A stretch of 40,698 bases of DNA from an uncultured Bacteroides sp. (GTDB lineage Bacteria > Bacteroidota > Bacteroidia > Bacteroidales > Bacteroidaceae), in assembly GCA_964554075.1 (NCBI GenBank), contig CAZKNB010000001.1, positions 1 to 40,698 on the forward strand. Reading direction: 5' to 3'. The notes beneath the pieces are model-generated. The model had not been told where the DNA came from and searched no databases. It saw nothing but the letters and a program-made list of their open reading frames with translations. Within the stretch, counting starts at the first letter, position 1. Each line of letters opens with the position of its first letter. This document shows positions 30,178 to 39,650 of this stretch, in pieces. The translations under genes and the position numbers were made by a program.

Positions 30178-30969
30178 ATGAGTAGAAAACAGTTTAGTAT
30201 AGCGATATTGTCAATATTCTTTTTGATGATGCCTGCTATGCTTTCAGCTCAATTTACCTATGGAGTAACCGGCTTGCTGCACACTCCGACTGCAGAGATG
30301 CAGAAGGACAAAACGGTAATGCTGGGTGCCAATTTCCTGAACAAGGAGTTGACTCCTCCTACATGGTACTACAACACATACAACTACTATCTGAATGTAA
30401 CCATCTTCCCATTTATGGAAGTTGCATATACCTGTACCTTGTTTAAGGCAGAGGCACTTGGATTAAAACCTTATGGTTACACCGGATTTACCAATCAGGA
30501 CCGCTACTTCTCGTTCCGCATTCGTGCGCTGAAGGAGGGTCAGTTCTGGGAATATATGCCTGCTGTGGTGCTTGGCACGTCCGACCCCTTCACTTCGTCC
30601 GGTCATAAACTGAACACGACGAGTGGAAACGGATACTACAGTCGCTTCTATGCGGCAGCCACCAAGCACGTCAATATCGGACAGGAGGAGCTGGGCGTGA
30701 GCCTCTCTTACCTCTACAACAGACGTACGGAGTATAAGTTGAATGGAGTGGCTGCGGGTGTCTCCTACAAGCCGTCGGTGCTCCCCGATATGAGGGTGAT
30801 TGCCGAATACGACACGAAGGACTTCTCGGTTGGCGCCACATATCTCTTCTTCAACCATCTTCAGGCGATGGTGGAGCTGCAGGGCATGAAATACCTTAGC
30901 GGTGGTCTTACCTTCAAGTTCCGCTTGAGCGGTGGATCGGGAAAGAGGGAGAAGACAGTTGTAGAGTAA
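30178..30969 (+). CDS. YjbH-domain outer membrane protein (resembles N-terminal half of YjbH/GfcD)
   Basis: Signal peptide; GVTGLLHTPTAEM, FPFMEV, DRYFSFRIR..E..MPAVVLG..D resemble the recalled YjbH N-terminus (GGVGLLQTPTARM, FPWLE, LPQVAVG). Confidence 0.75.
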   Translation: MSRKQFSIAILSIFFLMMPAMLSAQFTYGVTGLLHTPTAEMQKDKTVMLGANFLNKELTPPTWYYNTYNYYLNVTIFPFMEVAYTCTLFKAEALGLKPYGYTGFTNQDRYFSFRIRALKEGQFWEYMPAVVLGTSDPFTSSGHKLNTTSGNGYYSRFYAAATKHVNIGQEELGVSLSYLYNRRTEYKLNGVAAGVSYKPSVLPDMRVIAEYDTKDFSVGATYLFFNHLQAMVELQGMKYLSGGLTFKFRLSGGSGKREKTVVE

Positions 30970-31016
30970 TCATGGAAACAAAGAGTCAGATTATAATACA
31001 TAATTTTCAAAAAACG

Positions 31017-32153
31017 ATGAAAAGTAAATTAGTAATATTGTCTTTATTATTGGCAGGAGCTGCTTCTACAGTCTCTGCACAGACAAAGGAGACCTACTAC
31101 AGCGAGAGCTGGAAGGATAACTTCTTTGTAGGTGTAGGTGCCGGCATCCAGGCTTCAGCCAACCCAGACTCAAAATTCGGCTCATCAATTGAACCGGTTA
31201 TCAATGTCTCTCTGGGAAAATATATCACTCCGGTATGGGGAGTTCGCGGACAGGTTTACGGTTGGAAATCTAAACTGAAAACCGCATATCCTTTCACTCA
31301 GACTGGCGACGCTGTAAAGCGCGTTGAGAACTACGTTGGCGTTAACCTCGACGGACTCGTAAACTTGACTAACCTCTTCTGCGGTTACAAGCCTAACCGT
31401 GTATTCGAGGGATTCTTGTTCGTAGGTCCTTCTGTCAACGTTACCAGAAACTATGGCCACTTCGCATTCAACAACGACGTGACTACTGGTGAGGCTGAGA
31501 TCGCTTATCCTACTTCACACAAGACTCGCGCACTCGTTGGTGCAAGCGTTGGCTTGGGTGCTAAGTTCTATGTATGCAACAGCTTGTCTATCGACCTCGA
31601 GGCTCGCGGACAGGTTACTCCTTCTATCCTGGGCGCTTACAGTAGCTCACACAGAGGTGAGGGTTACGCATACTTCACTGGTGGTCTTACTTACACATTC
31701 GGCGGACGTAAGTTCGTTTCTAGCAAGTGTGACCAGAAGGCTATCAACGACGACGTTAACAACATCCGTGAGGTCGTAGTTGAGAAACCGGTTGAGAAGA
31801 TTGTTGAGAAAGAGGTTGTTAAGGAGCAGAAGGTGGCTAGCCCACTCGCTGTATTCTTCAAGATTGGTAGCGCTAAGATCGACGATTACGGTAAGGTTAA
31901 CATCGGTCTCGTTTCTAAGGCAATCAAGGAGACTCCGGGTACAGTCTACAAGGTTTCTGGCTACTGCGACATCGCAACTGGTAGCACTAACTCTAACAAG
32001 GTTCTCTCTGAGAAGCGTGCTAAGGCCGTTTACGATGCTCTCGTTGCTGAGGGTGTTGATGGCAGCCAGCTCGAGCTTGCCGGATTCGGTGGCACTACCA
32101 ACATGTTTGGTCAGGACTACTTGAACCGCGTTGTTCTCATCGAGGCTAAGTAA
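31017..32153 (+). CDS. OmpA family protein (beta-barrel plus peptidoglycan-binding domain)
   Basis: Signal peptide, GKYITPVWGVRGQ barrel, VFFKIGSA, NKVLSEKRAKAV, NRVV. Confidence 0.9.
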   Translation: MKSKLVILSLLLAGAASTVSAQTKETYYSESWKDNFFVGVGAGIQASANPDSKFGSSIEPVINVSLGKYITPVWGVRGQVYGWKSKLKTAYPFTQTGDAVKRVENYVGVNLDGLVNLTNLFCGYKPNRVFEGFLFVGPSVNVTRNYGHFAFNNDVTTGEAEIAYPTSHKTRALVGASVGLGAKFYVCNSLSIDLEARGQVTPSILGAYSSSHRGEGYAYFTGGLTYTFGGRKFVSSKCDQKAINDDVNNIREVVVEKPVEKIVEKEVVKEQKVASPLAVFFKIGSAKIDDYGKVNIGLVSKAIKETPGTVYKVSGYCDIATGSTNSNKVLSEKRAKAVYDALVAEGVDGSQLELAGFGGTTNMFGQDYLNRVVLIEAK

Positions 32154-32182
32154 TCAAGGAGCATTGCTCAAAACAGATAAAG

Positions 32183-32214
32183 GAGGGTGTCCCCACGGGA
32201 CATCCTCTTTTTTT
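32183..32214 (+). terminator. Intrinsic terminator after the OmpA gene
   Basis: GAGGGTGTCCC-CAC-GGGACATCCTC followed by T7. Confidence 0.88.
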
Positions 32215-32268
32215 GTGCCCCTGCGATAGGCGACGATTGAAAATAATATACTATTTTTGCAGCGGATT

Positions 32269-32688
32269 ATGAGTAGATTATTAGCTATTGACTACGGACG
32301 AAAGCGCACGGGCATCGCTGTGACCGACACCCTGCAGCTTATTGCCAACGGACTTACCACCGTCGCAACCCACGAACTGATGGATTTCATCCTCAAATAT
32401 GTGGCCAGCGAGCCGGTGGAGCGTATCCTTGTGGGTAAACCGAAACAGATGAACAATGAGGATTCGGAGAACATGAAACGCATCGAACCCTTCGTCAACA
32501 CCCTGCGCAAGCGACTGCCCGACATCCCTGTGGAGTTTGTCGATGAGCGCTTCACCTCCGTGCTTGCCCATCGCACCATGCTCGACGCGGGACTGAAGAA
32601 GAAGGCGCGCCAGAACAAGGGACTCGTCGACGAGATTAGCGCTACAATCATCCTGCAGAGCTACATGGAGAGCCGTCGACTCTTCTGA
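32269..32688 (+). CDS. ruvX: YqgF/RuvX family nuclease (pre-16S rRNA maturation)
   Basis: LLAIDYGRKRTGIA, DERFTS, VDEISATIILQSY; ATG at 32269. Confidence 0.93.
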   Translation: MSRLLAIDYGRKRTGIAVTDTLQLIANGLTTVATHELMDFILKYVASEPVERILVGKPKQMNNEDSENMKRIEPFVNTLRKRLPDIPVEFVDERFTSVLAHRTMLDAGLKKKARQNKGLVDEISATIILQSYMESRRLF

Positions 32689-32740
32689 CTCTGCCGCTAG
32701 AGAGATCAATTTTTTGTAAACGAATAGAATTTGAAAATAT

Positions 32741-33298
32741 ATGATACTACCTATTTACACCTATGGTCAGCCGGTGCTTCGCAAGGAGGCTGAGGACATC
32801 ACTCCGGACTATCCCGGACTGAAGGAGCTTATCGACAATATGTTTGAGACAATGGTCCGTGCCGACGGAGTGGGACTTGCTGCCCCTCAGATTGGTCTGC
32901 CCATCCGTCTGGTTGTCGTCACTCTCGACCCACTCTCTGATGAGTATCCTGAGTTTAAGGACTTCAACAAGGTCTACATCAATCCCTATATCCTTGAGAT
33001 TGGTGGCGACGAGGTCTCTATGGACGAGGGCTGCCTCAGTCTGCCGGGCATCCACGAGAGCGTTAAGCGTGGCTCACGCGTTCATGTGAAGTATATGGAT
33101 GAGAACTTCGTGGAGCACGACGAGATTGTTGAGGGCTACCTGGCTCGCGTCATGCAGCATGAGTTCGACCACCTCGATGGCACGATGTTCATCGACCACC
33201 TCTCCACTCTGCGCAAGCAGATGATCAAGGGTAAGCTCAACACCATGCTCAAGGGCAAGGCGCGCAGCTCCTACAAGATGAAGCAGGTTAAGGGCTGA
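32741..33298 (+). CDS. def: Peptide deformylase
   Basis: GVGLAAPQIG, EGCLS, QHEFDHL. Confidence 0.97.
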   Translation: MILPIYTYGQPVLRKEAEDITPDYPGLKELIDNMFETMVRADGVGLAAPQIGLPIRLVVVTLDPLSDEYPEFKDFNKVYINPYILEIGGDEVSMDEGCLSLPGIHESVKRGSRVHVKYMDENFVEHDEIVEGYLARVMQHEFDHLDGTMFIDHLSTLRKQMIKGKLNTMLKGKARSSYKMKQVKG

Positions 33299-33370
33299 TT
33301 CTGAACAAATCTGTAATCACTTTTGTTACACTCTTTGTCAATCCCCCCTGACAAACCAATTTAAAGAGTA

Positions 33371-33754
33371 ATGACAATGATAAAAGCAATGCTGGTCGCA
33401 GGTCTCGGAGGTTTCTTCGGAACCTGCGCTCGTTTTTTGGTGGGCAAGCTCGCCTCACACCTCTTCTCGTCGCCCTTTCCCTACGGCACCTTTACGGTGA
33501 ACGTGGTGGGCTGTTTCCTCATCGGAATATTTCTGGGGCTCAGCGAGCGTGCCAATCTGCTGTCGGCCAACCTGTCGCTCTTCCTGCTGACGGGCTTCTG
33601 CGGAGGTTTCACCACCTTCTCAACCTTTTCTGCCGACATGCTCCAACTCCTGCAGAGCGGACAGCGCGCCCTCTTTGCACTCTATCTCGTGCTGAGCATC
33701 CTGCTTGGCATCGCCTTCGTATTGATCGGACGCAGCATAGTGCGCCCCGCTTGA
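33371..33754 (+). CDS. crcB: Fluoride efflux channel Fluc/CrcB
   Basis: GGFFGTCARF, GTFTVNVVGCF, GFCGGFTTFSTF. Confidence 0.93.
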   Translation: MTMIKAMLVAGLGGFFGTCARFLVGKLASHLFSSPFPYGTFTVNVVGCFLIGIFLGLSERANLLSANLSLFLLTGFCGGFTTFSTFSADMLQLLQSGQRALFALYLVLSILLGIAFVLIGRSIVRPA

Positions 33755-33846
33755 TTCCAACCCTTTTTTTTTGAACCATTCCCATCTCTCGGATGTTTAT
33801 TGATGTGATAACGAATTTATTCACTTAATAAACATTTGAGAGAACT

Positions 33847-34149
33847 ATGCATCTTACTCCCAAAGAGATTGATAAACTAATGCTGCTGTCGCTCGGAATG
33901 ATAGCAGAAAGACGCCTGCAGAGGGGACTGAAGCTCAACCATCCCGAAGCTGTGGCGTACATCACATGTGCAGCACTGGAGGGTGCGCGCGATGGTAAAA
34001 CTGTTGAGGAGGTAATGACTCTGGCTGCCGGAGTGCTGAAGCGTGAGGATGTCATGGAGGGCGTCCCCGACATGATCAAGCTGCTTCAGGTGGAGGCGGT
34101 GTTCACCGACGGGTCGCGACTGGTGAGCATCCATAGTCCGATAAAATAA
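33847..34149 (+). CDS. ureA: Urease subunit gamma
   Basis: [31 protein letters not shown]; 100 aa. Confidence 0.97.
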   Translation: MHLTPKEIDKLMLLSLGMIAERRLQRGLKLNHPEAVAYITCAALEGARDGKTVEEVMTLAAGVLKREDVMEGVPDMIKLLQVEAVFTDGSRLVSIHSPIK

Positions 34150-34198
34150 CGCGGAGACCGAATTCATTATCATCAAACTTTTTTTAATCCATACAGTT

Positions 34199-34888
34199 AT
34201 GACCAACGAACTACTTGTCCTCTCTGAAGATGGACACGGACACAAATCCACACGCAAGGCCTGCGACGCCAGCCATCCCATGAGCTATCCCGACACCAAA
34301 GGCTACCAGCCCGACACTGCCGTCCCTGTTGGCGGAGTGGTGCTCAGCTCCATCCCCATCGGCTACAACATGGGCCGACAGGTGGTGAAGGTTAGGGTGC
34401 ACAACACCGGCGACCGCCCCATCCAGGTGGGCTCTCACTTCCATTTCTTCGAGGTGAACCGCTACCTGAAGTTCAATCGTACAGCCGCCTACGGCACTCA
34501 TCTCAACATACCTGCCACAACAGCCATCCGCTTTGAGCCGGGCGACGAGCGCGAGGTGGAGCTCGTAGGCTTCGGCGGCAAGTGTCGCATCATCGGATTC
34601 AACGGACTCACCTCTGGCTATGCCGGCAGCGAGGACACTCCGACCTACTTCCCGACGCGCATACGTGCCATCGCCCGCATGATGAAGTATCGCTTCCGCA
34701 ACAGCGACTGCGGCTGCGGAGCCGACGGCTGCTACTGCGACTGCGATGAAAAGCCGGACTGCAACTGCAATACCGACGGCTGCAACTGCGATGACAATGG
34801 CTGCAACTGCGATGAGAAGCCGGGCGACGGTGGAAAGAGCTGCGACTGTGAACCGGAGGGCTGCAAGTGTGAAACAAAGAAAAAGTAA
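34199..34888 (+). CDS. ureB: Urease subunit beta with N-terminal extension and Cys-rich C-terminal tail
   Basis: [26 protein letters not shown]; 229 aa, much longer than a standard beta subunit. Confidence 0.95.
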   Translation: MTNELLVLSEDGHGHKSTRKACDASHPMSYPDTKGYQPDTAVPVGGVVLSSIPIGYNMGRQVVKVRVHNTGDRPIQVGSHFHFFEVNRYLKFNRTAAYGTHLNIPATTAIRFEPGDEREVELVGFGGKCRIIGFNGLTSGYAGSEDTPTYFPTRIRAIARMMKYRFRNSDCGCGADGCYCDCDEKPDCNCNTDGCNCDDNGCNCDEKPGDGGKSCDCEPEGCKCETKKK

Positions 34889-34900
34889 AAAGGAGGGATT

Positions 34901-36619
34901 ATGACAACAATATCAAGACAAGAATACAACAATCTGTTCGGACCCACAATCGGGGACAAGATAAGACTAGGCGACACTAACCTTTATGTAGAGATTGAAC
35001 GCGACCTGCGCACCTATGGCGACGAGTCGGTCTATGGCGGCGGAAAGACCATACGCGACGGCATGGGACTCGCCAACAGCGTCACCTCAAAGGAGGGGGC
35101 ACTGGACCTCGTCATCACCAACGTGACGATTATCGATGCACGTCTTGGCGTGGTGAAGGCTGACGTGGGCATCAAGGATGGACGCATTGCCGGAGTGGGC
35201 AAGGCGGGCAATCCCAATATTATGGATGGGGTGGACCCGAATCTCGTCATCGGCGCTGCCACCGATGCCATCTCGGGCGAACATCTCATCCTCACCGCTG
35301 CCGCCATCGACGGACATGTCCACTTCATCTCGCCGCAACAGGCCTACCATGCACTGAGCAACGGCATCACCACTCTCATCGGCGGTGGCGTGGGACCTAC
35401 CGACGGCACCAATGGCACTACGATAACCTCCGGACCGTGGAACATGGACCGCATGTTGCAGGCTGCCGAGTCGCTCCCCGTCAACGTGGGCTTCCTGGGC
35501 AAGGGCAACTGCTCCGTGGACTATTCGCTCGAGGAGCAGGTGGCTGCCGGCGTCTGTGGCTTCAAGATCCATGAGGACTGGGGCTCCACACCGCAGGCCA
35601 TCCGCGCCGCCATGGCTGTGGCCGACCGCCACGATGTGCAGGTTGCCATCCATACCGATACGCTCAACGAGGCGGGCTACGTGGAGGATACTCTCGCAGC
35701 CATCGACGGACGCACCATCCATACCTACCACACCGAGGGCGCAGGTGGCGGTCACGCTCCCGACCTCCTCAAGGTGGCATCTATGAGCAATGTGCTTCCC
35801 TCGTCCACAAACCCCACAATCCCCTTCGGCATCAACTCGCAGGCTGAACTCTTTGACATGATTATGGTTTGCCACAATCTCAACCCGAAGATTCCCTCCG
35901 ACGTATCCTTTGCCGAGAGTCGCGTGCGCCCCGAGACGCAGGCGGCAGAGAATGTGCTCCACGACCTCGGTGTGCTCTCCATGATCTCCTCCGACTCGCA
36001 GGCGATGGGAAGAGTGGGAGAGTCCTTCATGCGCACCTTCCAGATGGCATCCTATATGAAGGATTCGCGCGGCAAGCTTGCCGAGGACTCCTTCGACAAC
36101 GACAACTATCGCGTGATGCGCTACATCGCCAAGGTGACCATCAATCCCGCCATCACCTTCGGCGTGTCGGACGTTCTCGGTACGGTGGAGAGGGGAAAGA
36201 TGGCGGACCTCGTGCTCTGGGAGCCGGAGTTCTTCGCTGCCAAGCCAAAGATGGTCATCAAGGGCGGCATCATCAGTTGGGCCAATATGGGCGACCCCAA
36301 CGCTTCGCTCCCCACGCCGCAACCCTGCTACTATCGCCCGATGTTCGGCGCCTACGGCACGGCGTTGCCCCACACCTGCATCTCCTTCGTATCGCGCATG
36401 GCGTGTGAGCTCGACATCAAGTCGCGCCTCTCCCTCCAGCGAAAGGTCTATCCCGTGCGCCGCACTCGTCAGATCACCAAGCGCGACATGCTCCACAATA
36501 GCTGTACACCGCGCATAGAGGTCAATCCCGAGACATTCGAGGTGATGGTCGACGGCACCCATGCATACGTCAAGCCCGCCGAGCGCTTCCCGCTGGGACA
36601 GCTCTACTGGTTCGGCTGA
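34901..36619 (+). CDS. ureC: Urease subunit alpha (catalytic, Ni-binding)
   Basis: [43 protein letters not shown]. Confidence 0.98.
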   Translation: MTTISRQEYNNLFGPTIGDKIRLGDTNLYVEIERDLRTYGDESVYGGGKTIRDGMGLANSVTSKEGALDLVITNVTIIDARLGVVKADVGIKDGRIAGVGKAGNPNIMDGVDPNLVIGAATDAISGEHLILTAAAIDGHVHFISPQQAYHALSNGITTLIGGGVGPTDGTNGTTITSGPWNMDRMLQAAESLPVNVGFLGKGNCSVDYSLEEQVAAGVCGFKIHEDWGSTPQAIRAAMAVADRHDVQVAIHTDTLNEAGYVEDTLAAIDGRTIHTYHTEGAGGGHAPDLLKVASMSNVLPSSTNPTIPFGINSQAELFDMIMVCHNLNPKIPSDVSFAESRVRPETQAAENVLHDLGVLSMISSDSQAMGRVGESFMRTFQMASYMKDSRGKLAEDSFDNDNYRVMRYIAKVTINPAITFGVSDVLGTVERGKMADLVLWEPEFFAAKPKMVIKGGIISWANMGDPNASLPTPQPCYYRPMFGAYGTALPHTCISFVSRMACELDIKSRLSLQRKVYPVRRTRQITKRDMLHNSCTPRIEVNPETFEVMVDGTHAYVKPAERFPLGQLYWFG

Positions 36620-36653
36620 TGCAGAACTTCGTATCAAATTAATACGTCTGAAG

Positions 36654-37223
36654 ATGAAGATATATACAGAGATAATTGGAAATATGTGGCGCTCTGCCGA
36701 ATGGAAGCGCCGAGTGGAACAGACCGAACAAGATCACATCAGACTAGACCGCTGGATGGCTCAGAAGAGCCGCATGCTTGTGGCTGGCGAGAGCGGACGC
36801 ATGTACCGCATCTCGCTCCGCCGCGGCGAGCATCTCACCGATGGCGACATAATAGACTATTCGCCCCATGAGGGAGTCTCCGTGGTGGTGTCGGTCGAGA
36901 TGACCCAGGTGCTTGCCATCAACATGGACCAGGCTCTCGCCTCCGACCATAAGGCACTGATGCGCACGGCTGTCGAACTTGGTCACGCCCTCGGCAATCA
37001 GCATTGGCCGGCGGTGGTCAAGGACAACATGGTCTACGTGCCACTCGTTGCCGACCGCAAGGTGATGCAGAGCGTGATGGAGACCCACCACATCGAGGGG
37101 GTGAACTACAGCTTCGTGAATGGCATGGAGGTCATTCCCTACCTTTCGCCCCATGAGATGCGCATGCTCTTCTCCGCCCACGACGAACCAAAAGAGGACC
37201 ACAAACACAGATCAGATATATGA
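36654..37223 (+). CDS. ureE: Urease accessory nickel chaperone UreE
   Basis: ELGHALGNQHWP motif; position after ureC; ATG at 36654. Confidence 0.88.
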   Translation: MKIYTEIIGNMWRSAEWKRRVEQTEQDHIRLDRWMAQKSRMLVAGESGRMYRISLRRGEHLTDGDIIDYSPHEGVSVVVSVEMTQVLAINMDQALASDHKALMRTAVELGHALGNQHWPAVVKDNMVYVPLVADRKVMQSVMETHHIEGVNYSFVNGMEVIPYLSPHEMRMLFSAHDEPKEDHKHRSDI

Positions 37224-37927
37224 AAAGGCCCCTAGCAAGAGATGAACAATCTGCCTATGCTCGCCTCATTCAGCTCTCCGACTCCGCTCTGCCGATAGGT
37301 ACATTCTCCTTCTCGGCAGCGCTGGAGACGGCAGCTGCCGAGCGTCTCGTAGTCGATGCCGACTCGCTTCGACTCTATGTCCAGGCTGTAGTCCACCAGT
37401 CGCTCACCGCCGATGCCGTCGCTGCCATGTCGGCGTTCCGTGCCGCTTCGGAGGGCGACTACGAGGGTGTGCTCTATGCCGACCACGTCGTCATGATGTA
37501 TCGCATGGGCGAGGAGAGTCGCCGCATGCTCTGCCGCATGGGACGTCGCATGGCGGAGCTTGGCGCCCTGCTCACCGGATGTGAGATGGTGGAGCGCTGG
37601 AACTCCGACATCCGCAGCGGCACTACACCGGGAAGCCATCCCGTGGCACTCGCCCTCGTGGCCCACGCCATGGGACTCAGTCAGCGCATGCTCTTCGCCT
37701 CGCACATCTATGGCGTGGCGAGCCTCCCGCTCAATGCCGCCCTGCGTTGCGTCAAGGTCTCCCACTACGACACTCAGCTCATCCTCCACGACGTCGTCGC
37801 CGAGGCCATGAGCCGCTACAAGGATGTGGCGTCGCTCTCGATAAGCGACATGAATTGTTTCACTCCCGAACTCGATATACTCGCGTCGCTCCACGAGGTG
37901 GGCAGTCAGCGTATGTTTATGAATTAA
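37220..37927 (+). CDS. ureF: Urease accessory protein UreF
   Basis: LSDSALPIGTFSFS..LE, C-terminal HE..RMFMN. Confidence 0.92.
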   Translation: MKRPLARDEQSAYARLIQLSDSALPIGTFSFSAALETAAAERLVVDADSLRLYVQAVVHQSLTADAVAAMSAFRAASEGDYEGVLYADHVVMMYRMGEESRRMLCRMGRRMAELGALLTGCEMVERWNSDIRSGTTPGSHPVALALVAHAMGLSQRMLFASHIYGVASLPLNAALRCVKVSHYDTQLILHDVVAEAMSRYKDVASLSISDMNCFTPELDILASLHEVGSQRMFMN

Positions 37928-37940
37928 CTTCCCTTAGATT

Positions 37941-38582
37941 ATGACATTTAGAAAAGAGACTTGCAGAATAGGAATTGGCGGCCCCGTAGGCTCGGGCAAG
38001 ACTGCCATCATCGAGGCCATCACTCCGCGCCTCCTGCACCGCGGACTGAAGGTGCTCATCATTACCAATGACATCGTTACCACCGAGGATGCCAAGCATG
38101 TGCGCCGCACCCTCAAGGGCATCCTGCTCGAGGACCACATAGTGGGCGTGGAGACGGGGGCCTGTCCCCATACTGCCGTGCGCGAAGATCCTTCGATGAA
38201 CATCGCGGCGGTCGAGGAGATGGAGGCGCGCTTCCCCGACAGCGACGTGCTGCTCATCGAGTCGGGTGGCGACAACCTGACGCTCACCTTCAGTCCCGCC
38301 CTCGTCGACTTCTTCATCTATGTGATCGACGTTGCCGCGGGCGACAAGATTCCGCGTAAGGATGGACCCGGCATATCGCAGTCGGACATCCTGGTGATAA
38401 ACAAGACCGACCTCGCTCCCTACGTCCACGCCAGTCTTGAGGTGATGCGGCGCGACTCGGAGTTCATGCGTCGTGGCAAACCATTCATCTTCACCAACTG
38501 CATGACGGGCGAGGGCATCGAGGAGCTTGTCGACATGGTGATGGATATGGCGCTCTTCGACTCTCAATGTAGCTGTGACTAG
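37941..38582 (+). CDS. ureG: Urease accessory GTPase UreG
   Basis: [25 protein letters not shown]. Confidence 0.96.
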   Translation: MTFRKETCRIGIGGPVGSGKTAIIEAITPRLLHRGLKVLIITNDIVTTEDAKHVRRTLKGILLEDHIVGVETGACPHTAVREDPSMNIAAVEEMEARFPDSDVLLIESGGDNLTLTFSPALVDFFIYVIDVAAGDKIPRKDGPGISQSDILVINKTDLAPYVHASLEVMRRDSEFMRRGKPFIFTNCMTGEGIEELVDMVMDMALFDSQCSCD

Positions 38583-38587
38583 TGGCC

Positions 38588-39526
38588 ATGAAACGGATGG
38601 ATTACCTCATGCCCGACTTCTCGCCTCTGCCTGAGCTTCGCCCCTTCCTCGATCAGCCGCGTGCGATGCATGTCGGGGCGCCTGGCAAGTCGGGCTATCT
38701 GCGCATGCACTTCTCGCTCGACGCTCGTGGCGAATCGGTGCTCAGCGAGCTGGAGAGGCGTGTGCCTATCATTGTTCAGCAGGCGCTCTATTTCGATGAA
38801 AACATCCCCGGGATGCCTTGCGTCTATATCCTCTCTTCGGGTGGTCCCAATGTCGACGGCGACCGCTACCGCCAGGAGATAAGCGTGGGGCGCAATGCAT
38901 TTGCGCATATCTCTACGGGTGCTGCCACCAAGATTGCCTCCATGCGCTACAACTATTCGGCTCTTGCCCAGCATATCTCTCTCGACGAGGGTGCCTATCT
39001 GGAGTATCTGCCTGAGCCTACCATTCCCTGTGCTCATGCGCGCTACGTTTCCGACACTCTCCTCACCGTGGCTCCTACAGCCACTCTGGTCTACTCCGAG
39101 ATCTATCTCTCGGGACGCCGCCACTATGGCGAGGGTGAGATGTTTGCCTACGATCTTCTTTCGGTGGCGACGACGGGTGAACGCCCCGACGGCGTGAGGC
39201 TCTTCCGTGAGAAGTATGTGGTGCGGCCGGAGCTCCATAGCCCGCGTGTGATGGGTGAGATGGATGGCTACGATGTCTTCGCCAACGTTGTGGTGATGCT
39301 GCCCGAGGCCGCCGTCGACGCTCTCTATCGTCGCCTCCGCAGTCTTCCGGGGCGAAATCGTTCGGTGGCGGTTGGTGTGTCGCACCTTCCCTTCGGCGCC
39401 GGTCTTCAGGTGAAGTTGCTTGCCGACAGCAGCCAGACTGCCAAGATGTTCGTCCGCCACGTCTGTTCGCAGGTCCGGCAGACGGTCAAAGGCGTCCCCC
39501 TCCCCGAGGAGTTTGTTTGGAGGTGA
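38588..39526 (+). CDS. ureD: Urease accessory protein UreD
   Basis: SGGPNVDGD, TGAATKI, LEYLPEPTIP, GR..GE.F motifs; alternative GTG start 38582. Confidence 0.9.
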   Translation: MKRMDYLMPDFSPLPELRPFLDQPRAMHVGAPGKSGYLRMHFSLDARGESVLSELERRVPIIVQQALYFDENIPGMPCVYILSSGGPNVDGDRYRQEISVGRNAFAHISTGAATKIASMRYNYSALAQHISLDEGAYLEYLPEPTIPCAHARYVSDTLLTVAPTATLVYSEIYLSGRRHYGEGEMFAYDLLSVATTGERPDGVRLFREKYVVRPELHSPRVMGEMDGYDVFANVVVMLPEAAVDALYRRLRSLPGRNRSVAVGVSHLPFGAGLQVKLLADSSQTAKMFVRHVCSQVRQTVKGVPLPEEFVWR

Positions 39527-39532
39527 AATAGA

Positions 39533-39619
39533 TTGGAATATCCTCACAAACCAGTGAATATCTAATGAATTTTCAATATCCCCATAGGCCAAATGTAGGG
39601 TCGCTATGTATAGCGACCG
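39533..39619 (+). repeat. Dispersed 87-bp repeat ending in a GTAG REP-like hairpin
   Basis: 80/87 identical to 147-233 by manual alignment; ends in GTAG-GGTCGCTA-TGTA-TAGCGACC. Confidence 0.85.
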
Positions 39620-39650
39620 CCATAATGCCGCATGGTTCAATAGTTTAATT

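Noticed and set aside
33299-33370. Fluoride riboswitch upstream of crcB
   Set aside because: No GGCGATGG-type motif; only a short TTTGTCA-N8-TGACAAA inverted repeat of unknown meaning.
34709-34888. Ferredoxin or zinc-finger interpretation of the UreB tail
   Set aside because: Spacing is exclusively CxC with no CxxC or CxxCxxC motifs, which fits a metallothionein-like segment better.
35087-36637. 516-aa antisense ORF, and similar long ORFs at 23114-24301, 17746-18687, 38579-39640 and 2819-3640
   Set aside because: Shadow frames opposite well-conserved genes with biased codon usage; no recognisable domains.
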